DNA from: Bacteroidales bacterium
GTDB taxonomy: Bacteria; Bacteroidota; Bacteroidia; Bacteroidales; UBA932
DNA: 64,000 nucleotides
Assembly: GCA_017962705.1 (NCBI GenBank)
Contig: JAGCUV010000141.1
Location: 1,894-65,893, forward strand
Reading direction: 5' to 3'
In this document: positions 44,991 to 53,068 of the stretch, piece after piece
Layout of the letters: every line of letters begins with the position of its first letter
Numbering within the stretch: the first letter of the stretch is position 1
Notes under the pieces: generated by a model
Told to the model about the DNA's origin: nothing
Seen by the model: the letters and a program-made list of their open reading frames with translations, nothing else
Databases searched by the model: none
Translations under genes and position numbers: made by a program

Positions 44991-46098
44991 CTTCGGGTCT
45001 CAAGGGCAATTGATGGTCATCGCCCTCCTCAATCCAAACATCCAAAGCGGTCTCATCTTCCAATTCCGAGGAGGGACTGATGGACAGATAGGCATAGGAG
45101 GGCACATTCAGCGTTGCGGAGGAAACGGCAATCCGGTAATCTCCGCTCGAACCCAACTCAGACATCACAGGATGTTCCTTCAGCAGTCGGTATAAATTAA
45201 TCTTACGGCTCTTGACATTCTTGTCTTTCAGTTTGACCGCAATCTCCAATACGCCCCAGCCGCCCATTTCCACTTCACTGGCCGGTGAAAACAGGCCCAG
45301 CGTCAGCACTTTGCAGGAATAATCGTGTTGATGGCCATTCTTTCTGGTCAAGGTAAGGTCTTTCGTCAGGATCGTTCCTATATCGCTCCTGTCGGAAGAA
45401 GAACTCACAGTTTCACCTTGGTGAACGCTGCCGTTGAGCAGATTCAGCCGACGCGGAACACCGTTCAGAGACAGTGCAAGCCCCTGCAGTTCACATTGGC
45501 TTTCATCATAGTCGAGGCGGATGACAATCGTCAATTCTTGAATCATCTTGCGCATTGCGAAGTGGATCGTGTTGATGACTTCTCCAGCCTCCAAGGGACG
45601 ATGGTCGGAGGCCAGCCATACGGGCCGGGCCTGCCGGACGACGGGGAAAGGCGCGCCTTGGCGCAGGTATTCCACACAGAGGGCATGGGGGTCTGAAGGG
45701 TCGTCCGGGGCTTGTTCGTTTTCCGTGGGCAAGAGCAGGGATATATCCGCGAGACCGAACGAAGTCGGGTCCTGGAAGAACTGAATATAATTATCTACGC
45801 GATAAAAGTCGTCGAGCGGGCCACCGAAAGCGATGGCGTGGTAGTCCCCTTTGGCGACGGTGTGGGTATCCCGCTTGGGAAGGAACACGTGGCAGGTGTC
45901 ATGGATGGTCTGCGTGGTGCGGGCCAGGGCGACGAACAAAGGGGAGACCGTATCGGCGGCCGTGGGCCGGACGCCGGCGGGCAGCCCCCAGTCAATCTCA
46001 TTGACATAGCGGGCCATCGGAGCGGGGCCTTCGCTGATGCTGATGCGGACGCAGGCGGACAGGCTCAAAGTTAACAATATGAGCAAGAATCGTTTCAT
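44983..46098 (-). CDS. Pilus-associated lipoprotein (Mfa2/DUF5119-like anchor candidate)
   Basis: Lipobox LSAC; IDWG, GDYHAIAF, MRKMIQELTI, LNGVP...LLNG; lacks the GTQD motif of the six pilins. Confidence 0.55.
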   Translation of the reverse strand: MKRFLLILLTLSLSACVRISISEGPAPMARYVNEIDWGLPAGVRPTAADTVSPLFVALARTTQTIHDTCHVFLPKRDTHTVAKGDYHAIAFGGPLDDFYRVDNYIQFFQDPTSFGLADISLLLPTENEQAPDDPSDPHALCVEYLRQGAPFPVVRQARPVWLASDHRPLEAGEVINTIHFAMRKMIQELTIVIRLDYDESQCELQGLALSLNGVPRRLNLLNGSVHQGETVSSSSDRSDIGTILTKDLTLTRKNGHQHDYSCKVLTLGLFSPASEVEMGGWGVLEIAVKLKDKNVKSRKINLYRLLKEHPVMSELGSSGDYRIAVSSATLNVPSYAYLSISPSSELEDETALDVWIEEGDDHQLPLRPEDE

Positions 46099-47243
46099 TC
46101 CATATCTAACTCCCCGTGGCTGGTTATCCGCTCTTGTTTTTTCTTCCGTTTCTCCTGCCGGACTTCCCGGTCGAACCGGCGCAAATTCTTCGCCTTCTCC
46201 GATTGCAGGTAACGGATCAATTTCCCCTTCATCGAAGAAGTGATTTTCTCATTCTCCTTGATATTTCTCTCGTCGGCTTCGACTGCATCCATCAAGTATT
46301 TTTGATAATCTGCTTTGTATTTCGCTTCGTCTTGCTGATATTTCAGCGAATCTTTGGACGTCGTCATGAAAATGGAGTTAAATTCCTGCCGCGTCGAAGA
46401 GCGCATATCGTCGGAAATTTTCTTCCTGGCCTGCGCATAATAAGCGATGGCCGGGTCGGGTTCCAGGTATTTATAACGGACGGATTTGTGCCGCCAGGAG
46501 AAAGTCGCGCGCACTTCCGTCAGCATGGGAATCACCATAAAAGGTACATCCTTGGCTTTATCAGCCGCCGTCACCGGCACATAACGATAGATATCATCGC
46601 CGTTTTTGAACGCCTGGTTGGTCGTTGCCACCAGGCCGGCGGACAAGCCCAGATCCAAATCAATCGCACCGGTCTTGTATTCATACAAAGGCACCTCAAA
46701 GCCGATGGTGACACCGGCTCCGGCCGCCCAGCCCTGGCGGCCAAATTCACCAAACTTCAGGCTGTAGTTGGTGTATTCTGCGTATGCGCCGATATACCAG
46801 GCCTGCCAGGGTTTGGGGTGTTTGCGCCTGGTGCTCGAAAGGGGTGCATTCTCCCATACGAGGGAATCGCGTCCGTTCACATTCTTTTCCATATGGCTTC
46901 CCAACTGCGTCTGGCGATAATAATGGCGGTATTCCGGACGGATGTTCAGCACATTGAACAATAGATAAGGTGCGTAATTGTGGTAGGTATGGGGACGGTA
47001 TTTTGCCCCCAGCAACAATACCTCCTGATTGTATGGCGAGGCGGACAAATCAAAGCCGACCTGAAGGTTGGGGACAGTAAACAGCCAGTCCACTGCATTG
47101 GTTTTAACGGTAAAGCCATTTGCCCCCGCATTATCGGTCTTCTCCGCCGGTGCTTTTTGCGCCGACCCCTCCAAGCAAGGGAAAAAGAGCAGTGTCAGCA
47201 GCACAAACCCCATCCCGAGCGTTACTGAGACCGAATGAGCCAT
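46095..47243 (-). CDS. DUF3575 domain protein with charged helical C-terminal extension
   Basis: VKTNAVDWLFTVPNLQVGFDL, RPEYRHY, WYIGAY, GAGVTIGF. Confidence 0.78.
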   Translation of the reverse strand: MAHSVSVTLGMGFVLLTLLFFPCLEGSAQKAPAEKTDNAGANGFTVKTNAVDWLFTVPNLQVGFDLSASPYNQEVLLLGAKYRPHTYHNYAPYLLFNVLNIRPEYRHYYRQTQLGSHMEKNVNGRDSLVWENAPLSSTRRKHPKPWQAWYIGAYAEYTNYSLKFGEFGRQGWAAGAGVTIGFEVPLYEYKTGAIDLDLGLSAGLVATTNQAFKNGDDIYRYVPVTAADKAKDVPFMVIPMLTEVRATFSWRHKSVRYKYLEPDPAIAYYAQARKKISDDMRSSTRQEFNSIFMTTSKDSLKYQQDEAKYKADYQKYLMDAVEADERNIKENEKITSSMKGKLIRYLQSEKAKNLRRFDREVRQEKRKKKQERITSHGELDME

Positions 47244-47258
47244 AATACGAAAAACTTT

Positions 47259-47290
47259 CAAAAATAGCGTTTTTTTCGCTAAAAAGCAAA
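47259..47290 (-). promoter_or_regulatory. Promoter of the pilus operon
   Basis: Full consensus TTTG(47290-47287)-N20-TATTTTTG(47266-47259), 15 nt upstream of the ATG. Confidence 0.75.
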
Positions 47291-47319
47291 AAAGGATTCC
47301 CCAGAGACAGGATAGGATA

Positions 47320-47952
47320 TCAAGCAATTACGGTCGCCAGCCAATCCGCATCCACACGCCGAAAGCCCTCCCCGGACTGGAGGGAAGGATTGCGGGAGAG
47401 AATACCGAGGGCGTCCTCATACACATTTTTGCCCAAGGTCAGGCTGGCCATCTGCCCATTGGAGGGATAAGAAAAAACGAGTTGGTCTTGTTCGAGATGA
47501 TGGAAATGCAAGGGAGCGTCCGCATGCCCCTGAGCTTGCTGCGCCCATTCGCCGCGGATCACATATTTGCAGATTTCGATAGCGACATCATTCAGCCCGG
47601 CGTTCAGAATCAGAATCTTTTCAATCAGGCTGCCGAGGTCCGGACAAATGCGCAGGGTATAGCCGCCCAGGGAGCGGGCGTGCCGGGCAATGGCATCCAT
47701 TTCCGCCGTATCGGCCTTGTCGCGGGGAAGCAGCCAGAGCATGCGTTTTCGGGCCGGATCGTGGTACAGGCACTCGTAACTCACCAGATTCTTGCAGCCG
47801 CAGTCCGGACAGGTCCACATAAACAGGGAACCGTTCAGCACGCGGGTCTCCATATCGGCGTCTTCCGCCGTGTTGATGCTTTTATAAATGGTAATCTCGT
47901 GCTCGTGCCTGCAACGGCTGCAACGGGCGAGGGCCTGTTTGACGACGGACAT
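47320..47952 (-). CDS. CpXC domain protein (zinc ribbon)
   Basis: CSRC...SINT...GSLF.WTCPDCG...LYHDP. Confidence 0.82.
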   Translation of the reverse strand: MSVVKQALARCSRCRHEHEITIYKSINTAEDADMETRVLNGSLFMWTCPDCGCKNLVSYECLYHDPARKRMLWLLPRDKADTAEMDAIARHARSLGGYTLRICPDLGSLIEKILILNAGLNDVAIEICKYVIRGEWAQQAQGHADAPLHFHHLEQDQLVFSYPSNGQMASLTLGKNVYEDALGILSRNPSLQSGEGFRRVDADWLATVIA

Positions 47953-47957
47953 AGGTG

Positions 47958-49058
47958 CTACACGTTGAAAAGGAAATGCATGATGTCGCCGTCCTGCACC
48001 ACGTATTCCTTTCCTTCCACGCCCAGTTTGCCGGCGGCACGGCAGGCCGACTCCGACTTGAGCGTGATGAAATCTTCATATTTGATGACCTCCGCACGGA
48101 TAAAGCCTTTTTCAAAATCGCTGTGGATGACGCCGGCCGCTTTGGGGGCTTTGTCTCCCACGCGGATGGTCCAGGCGCGGCATTCGTCCGCCCCGGCTGT
48201 AAAGAAGGTACGCAGGCCCAGCAGGCTGTATGCGCCCTGAATCAGCCTTTCCACACCCGATTCCTTCAAACCGATGTCTTCCAGGAACATTTGCCTTTCC
48301 TCTTCGGAATCCAGTTCGGCGATGTCCGACTCTACCTGGGCGGCAATCACCAGAATCCCGGCATCCTCCCCTTCCACGGCTTTGCGGACGGCCTCAACAT
48401 AGGCATTGCCCGTTGCCGCAGAGGCCTCATCCACATTGCAGACATACAGGACCGGCTTGTTGGTCAGCAGGAAAAGGTCACGGGCGAGTTGCTCCTGCTC
48501 CTCGTTTTCGAGGGCTACGCTGCGGGCGTTTTTGCCTTGCGAGAGCGCTTCTTTGTAGCGGCCCAGCAGCTCCACCAGTTTCTTGGCCGTCTTGTCCCCG
48601 CCCTGTGCCTGTTTGACCGATTTGGCCAGGCGGTTTTCCACCGTCTCCAAGTCCTTGAGCTGGAGTTCCATATCAATCACCTCCTTGTCGCGGACCGGAT
48701 CCACCGAGCCGTCCACATGGACGATGTTGTCGTCGTCGAAGCAGCGGAGCACGTGCAGGATGGCGTCCGTTTCCCGGATATTGGCCAGGAACTGGTTGCC
48801 CAGCCCCTCCCCCTTGCTTGCGCCCTTGACCAGTCCGGCGATGTCCACGATTTCCACCGTGGCGGGGATCACGCGCTGGGGCTTGCAGATATCCGCCAGC
48901 ACCTGCAGGCGGGCATCCGGCACGACGGTCGAGCCCACGTTCGGGTCAATGGTGCAAAACGGGAAATTGGCGCTCTGGGCCTTCCCGGAGCTGATACAGT
49001 TGAACAGGGTGGATTTTCCCACATTGGGCAATCCCACAATTCCGCATTTGAGTGACAT
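47958..49058 (-). CDS. ychF: Redox-regulated ATPase YchF
   Basis: GLPNVGKST, ANFPFCTIDPN, DIAGLVKGAS.GEGLGNQFL, IHSDFEKGFIRAE; -7 box TATCTTTG at 49090-49083. Confidence 0.97.
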   Translation of the reverse strand: MSLKCGIVGLPNVGKSTLFNCISSGKAQSANFPFCTIDPNVGSTVVPDARLQVLADICKPQRVIPATVEIVDIAGLVKGASKGEGLGNQFLANIRETDAILHVLRCFDDDNIVHVDGSVDPVRDKEVIDMELQLKDLETVENRLAKSVKQAQGGDKTAKKLVELLGRYKEALSQGKNARSVALENEEQEQLARDLFLLTNKPVLYVCNVDEASAATGNAYVEAVRKAVEGEDAGILVIAAQVESDIAELDSEEERQMFLEDIGLKESGVERLIQGAYSLLGLRTFFTAGADECRAWTIRVGDKAPKAAGVIHSDFEKGFIRAEVIKYEDFITLKSESACRAAGKLGVEGKEYVVQDGDIMHFLFNV

Positions 49059-49097
49059 AATCTCTGCTTCTAATAAGGCCTGCAAAGATACACAATT

Positions 49098-49123
49098 TTC
49101 CCGGCAGGTAAGAATTTTTCCTT
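49098..49123 (+). repeat. 26-bp repeat, copy 1 (inverted relative to 53024-53049), inside a CCCGGC...GCCGGG hairpin
   Basis: TTCCCGGCAGGTAAGAATTTTTCCTT. Confidence 0.85.
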
Positions 49124-49141
49124 CAGCACCAGAGCCGGGCT

Positions 49142-50512
49142 CTAAATCCCGGCGAAGTAGCCGGCGAAGAAGACGTTGGTGATGCAGTATCCGATGAGAG
49201 TGGATACCGTCACGCAGATGAGTCCCGGTATCATAAAGCTGTGATTGAGCAGATACTTGCCGATAACCGTCGTACGGGAACGGTCAAAGTTAACCGTCGC
49301 AATGTCGGATGGGTAGTTGGGAATGAAAAAGTAGCCATAGACGCTCGGCAGCACGCCCAGCAGCACGGGACCCGCGATACCCAGTTCGAAGGCCAGGGGC
49401 AGCATCGCCACCACTACGGCGCCCTGCGAATTGACCAGCACCGACACCAGGAAGAACACAAACGCGATGGCCCAGGGATAGGCCGATACGAGCCCGGTCA
49501 GCATCGCTTTCATCTCGTCCATATAGTTGCCGAAATAGGTGTCCGCCAGCCAGGCGATGCCATAGATGGCGATGACCGCAATCATACCCGACTGCCAGAC
49601 AGCGCCCATTACGGCCTGGCGGGGAGCCGCCTTGCAGAACATGATGTTGCAGGCGGCCGCCATCAACATAATAATCTGGATGCAGATGTTCATCTTCGGA
49701 AGCCCGATGGCCTTGGCGACCGTCTCTCCATCCGCGGTATGGAAAAGCTGGCAGAAAGCGAAGCCAACGATGATGAGCAGCGAACCGAGGAAGATAAATA
49801 CGGATGCCTTGGCGGTAGTGGTAATCTCCTTGTCCATCGTCGTTGCCGTGCTGCCATACATAAAATGATAGGCGTCAGGGTCGGCTTTGCGGGCGAGGAA
49901 CTTGGGGTCTTTGTCCAGGTTGAGACCACGGCGGTAAGAGAACGCTGACGCACACATCAGACCGCAGACGCAGGAAGGGATGGTCACCATCAGCACCTGC
50001 GGGATGGTCACATTGAATCCGTTGGCATTGGAGATGGTCACAAAGGCGACTACCGCCGCCGCAATGGGCGAACAGGTAATGCCCACCTGCGAGGCGATGG
50101 AGGCGACGGCGCAGGGTCTTTCCGGACGGATGTTCTTCTTGAGGGCAATGTCGCAGATGATGGGCATAATCGTATAGACCACGTGTCCCGTACCTACCAG
50201 CACGGTGAGAAAGAAAGTCACGAGGGGTCCCAGAAAGGTGATGTTGTCCGGATGCTTGCGTAGCATCTTCTCCGCCACCTGTATCATCCAGTCCATACCG
50301 CCCGACGCCTGCAGCGTACCCGCGCAGGTGACGGCCGCGATAATGATGTAAATCACATCGGTGGGAGGCGTGCCGGGCTTGAGCCCGAAACCGAATACCA
50401 GAATGGCCAGTCCGATGCCGGAGATGGCGCCGAGCGCGAGGGAGCCGTATCTGGAACCCACGTACAATGCTGCCAGAACAATCAGCAGCTGGATAATCAT
50501 AGCGAATGTCAT
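49142..50512 (-). CDS. Anaerobic C4-dicarboxylate transporter (DcuA/DcuB family)
   Basis: QASGGMD, GTGHVVY, IRPERP, ITCSPIAAA, LVNSQGA, FFIPNYPSD, LNHSFMIPG. Confidence 0.93.
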   Translation of the reverse strand: MTFAMIIQLLIVLAALYVGSRYGSLALGAISGIGLAILVFGFGLKPGTPPTDVIYIIIAAVTCAGTLQASGGMDWMIQVAEKMLRKHPDNITFLGPLVTFFLTVLVGTGHVVYTIMPIICDIALKKNIRPERPCAVASIASQVGITCSPIAAAVVAFVTISNANGFNVTIPQVLMVTIPSCVCGLMCASAFSYRRGLNLDKDPKFLARKADPDAYHFMYGSTATTMDKEITTTAKASVFIFLGSLLIIVGFAFCQLFHTADGETVAKAIGLPKMNICIQIIMLMAAACNIMFCKAAPRQAVMGAVWQSGMIAVIAIYGIAWLADTYFGNYMDEMKAMLTGLVSAYPWAIAFVFFLVSVLVNSQGAVVVAMLPLAFELGIAGPVLLGVLPSVYGYFFIPNYPSDIATVNFDRSRTTVIGKYLLNHSFMIPGLICVTVSTLIGYCITNVFFAGYFAGI

Positions 50513-50613
50513 AAGTGTTTATCAAAACGAACCTAACAAAGGTACAACTTTTTGTTTGATTATTGGTGACTTTTTGATAACTTCGCGTTTCAAAACTTAG
50601 CGTGATAAAAACT

Positions 50614-51879
50614 ATGGTACGAGTAAAAGCGTTTGCGGCGATCCGCCCCCCGAAAGATCTGGTGACCGAAGTGGCGGCTCCCCCTTACGATGTGATGAAT
50701 TCCGAAGAGGCCCGTCAGATGGCCGGTGAAAAGAGTTTGTTGCACATTACCCGTCCGGAAATTGATTTCGAGCCCATCGCCGATGAGCATTCCCAACCTG
50801 TTTACGACAAGGCCGTCGAGAATTTCAAACTGTGGAAATCGCGCGGCTGGCTGGTTCAGGACGAAAAACCCTGCTACTATGTCTATGCCCAGACGATGGG
50901 GATGCGTACGCAATACGGTTTCGTGCTCTGTGCCCACACCGACGATTATGCTGAAGGCATTATCAAGAAGCACGAGCTCACGCGCAAGGACAAGGAAGAC
51001 GACCGGATGGTGCACGTCCGCATCCAGAATGCCAATATAGAACCGGTCTTTTTCGCCTATAAGGACCATGCGGAATTGGGCGGCATCATCAGCGCGACGA
51101 TAGCGGGAGAACCCGAATACCGCTTTACCGACGAGAATAAATTTGTCCATACCTTCTGGGTCATCCACGATGACGACACCATCGCCCGCATCACCCGTCT
51201 GTTCAACACCCAGGTGGACGCCTTCTATGTGGCGGACGGTCATCACCGCACGGCGGCAGCCGCCCGTGTGGGAGCGGAAAAGCGGGCGGCCAATCCTCAT
51301 CATACCGGTCAGGAAGAATACAACTGGTTTATGGCGGTCTGCTTTCCGCAGAGCCACCTGGCCATCCTGGACTACAACCGGGTTGTCAAGGATTTGAACG
51401 GAATGGATGAAAGGACCTTCCTCCGGGCCTTGGAAGAAGATTTCAAAGTGACGCTCGTCTCCGAACCGATGTACGGACGCGCCGCGAAGCCCTACGAGCC
51501 GGCCGATTTGCACAATTTCTCGATGTATCTCGGCGGCAAATGGTACAGCCTCACCGCCCGGGAAGGCCGTTACGACGACGAAGACCCCATCGGCGTGCTG
51601 GATGTGACCATCCTCTCCCATCTGGTGTTGGACAAATTATTGGGCATCAAAGATTTGCGCACGGACAAACGCATCGATTTCGTGGGCGGCATCCGGGGCT
51701 TGGGCGAACTGTCCCGCCGGGTGGACAGCGGAGAGATGAAAGTCGCTTTCGCGCTTTATCCCGTTTCCATGGACCAACTCATCCGCATTGCGGACACCGG
51801 CAACATCATGCCTCCGAAGACCACCTGGTTCGAGCCCAAACTCCGCTCCGGCCTGGCCATTCACTCCCTGGACGAATAG
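50614..51879 (+). CDS. DUF1015 family protein
   Basis: APPYDV, IKKHELTRKDKEDDR, YVADGHHR, IMPPKTTWFEPKLRSGL. Confidence 0.92.
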   Translation: MVRVKAFAAIRPPKDLVTEVAAPPYDVMNSEEARQMAGEKSLLHITRPEIDFEPIADEHSQPVYDKAVENFKLWKSRGWLVQDEKPCYYVYAQTMGMRTQYGFVLCAHTDDYAEGIIKKHELTRKDKEDDRMVHVRIQNANIEPVFFAYKDHAELGGIISATIAGEPEYRFTDENKFVHTFWVIHDDDTIARITRLFNTQVDAFYVADGHHRTAAAARVGAEKRAANPHHTGQEEYNWFMAVCFPQSHLAILDYNRVVKDLNGMDERTFLRALEEDFKVTLVSEPMYGRAAKPYEPADLHNFSMYLGGKWYSLTAREGRYDDEDPIGVLDVTILSHLVLDKLLGIKDLRTDKRIDFVGGIRGLGELSRRVDSGEMKVAFALYPVSMDQLIRIADTGNIMPPKTTWFEPKLRSGLAIHSLDE

Positions 51880-52991
51880 TCCGTTTCACCCGGCGAATCC
51901 TTTTTGCTCAACCGCAGCACTATCGGAAGGTGGTCGCTGACGCCGCCCAGGTAGCGGGGGCCGGAATAAGTGCGCAGGGGCTTCTCCCCGGCGTGGGCGC
52001 TGTCGCGGGTTAATAGGAAGGGGGCGTAGATGACGGTCGTTTCGCATCGCCAGCGGGGCGTGCCGTCTTCCGAGCCGTTTCTTCGTGCCGTGCTGTCGCT
52101 CGAGTCGGCGGCCGTCTCTCCCGCCAAATCGGGCGAGACCCAGAACTGGTCGATCAACTCCCATTTTCCGTCGTATTTGAGCGATCCTTCGCCGCGTTGG
52201 TAGAGGGTCCGCGACAGGCACACAAGGCAGGAGTCCAGCATTCGGAAGGCCTCTCCGTCTGGCGTGTCGTTAAAGTCGCCGGTAACAACAATCTGCGATT
52301 TCCGGCACGCATCTCGAAGGACGGACATGGCAACCTGGCGGCGGGGTTGAGACCGGGCCGGACCGCCGAGTTTGGAAGGATGATGGACGACAATGACGGT
52401 CAGGGAGTCGACGGGCTGACAGGCAGCAGAACAGGCGTTGTCGGGCTTTGGGTCGGACAGCGGGAAGCGGCATTGAAGCATATCGCGGGTTCGGAAACCC
52501 GGGATAGGCAGGACGTCGGCGATAGGACGAGGTAGCACGTCCTTCCTGTACAGCAGCGCCACATCGATGCCGCGAGGGTCCGGTGAGTCAAAATGTACAT
52601 AGTGGTAGCCCGCCTTTCGCAAGGGCGCGGAATAGACCAGCCGGCGCAGAACCTCCGCGTTTTCCACCTCGGCCAAGCCCACGATATCCGGCAGCCTCCC
52701 CTCCTGTTCCCCTATCCAAAGCAAGGTCTTTCCGATGGCGTTGCATTTGGCGCGCAGCCGTCCCGGCGTCCAATGTTTTTCTCCGGCAGGCGACCATTCT
52801 TCTCCTCCGTTCTCCCCGTCGCAGTCAAACAGGTTTTCCACATTCCAGAACACCACCAATAGGTCTTGCGCCCCGACTTCTCCGCCAGTCATCGCCTCCT
52901 GCGCCCGCCCCGGGAAAAAGAGCGCAGCCGTCAGCCCCGAGAACAGGATCTGCGTCACCAGCGCCGATATGAGAAAACTTCGCGTCATCAT
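51861..52991 (-). CDS. Endonuclease/exonuclease/phosphatase family protein (exported)
   Basis: FWNVENLFD, GLAEVEN, DPRGIDVALLY, GDFND, GGVSDHLP. Confidence 0.9.
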   Translation of the reverse strand: MMTRSFLISALVTQILFSGLTAALFFPGRAQEAMTGGEVGAQDLLVVFWNVENLFDCDGENGGEEWSPAGEKHWTPGRLRAKCNAIGKTLLWIGEQEGRLPDIVGLAEVENAEVLRRLVYSAPLRKAGYHYVHFDSPDPRGIDVALLYRKDVLPRPIADVLPIPGFRTRDMLQCRFPLSDPKPDNACSAACQPVDSLTVIVVHHPSKLGGPARSQPRRQVAMSVLRDACRKSQIVVTGDFNDTPDGEAFRMLDSCLVCLSRTLYQRGEGSLKYDGKWELIDQFWVSPDLAGETAADSSDSTARRNGSEDGTPRWRCETTVIYAPFLLTRDSAHAGEKPLRTYSGPRYLGGVSDHLPIVLRLSKKDSPGETDYSSRE

Positions 52992-53013
52992 ACGCAAAGT
53001 AACATGGAAAAAA

Positions 53014-53049
53014 CCCGGCGGGAAAGGAAGAATTCTTACCTGCCGGGAA
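53014..53049 (-). repeat. 26-bp repeat, copy 2, within a terminator-like hairpin
   Basis: AAGGAAGAATTCTTACCTGCCGGGAA (53024-53049), 25/26 identical to the reverse complement of copy 1; stem CCCGGC(53014)/GCCGGG(53042). Confidence 0.85.
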
Positions 53050-53068
53050 GTTTAATGACTGATGAGTG

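Noticed and set aside
32909-47243. Pilus operon as an integrative element or DGR target
   Set aside because: No integrase, tRNA, flanking direct repeat, reverse transcriptase or TR/VR pair seen in the window
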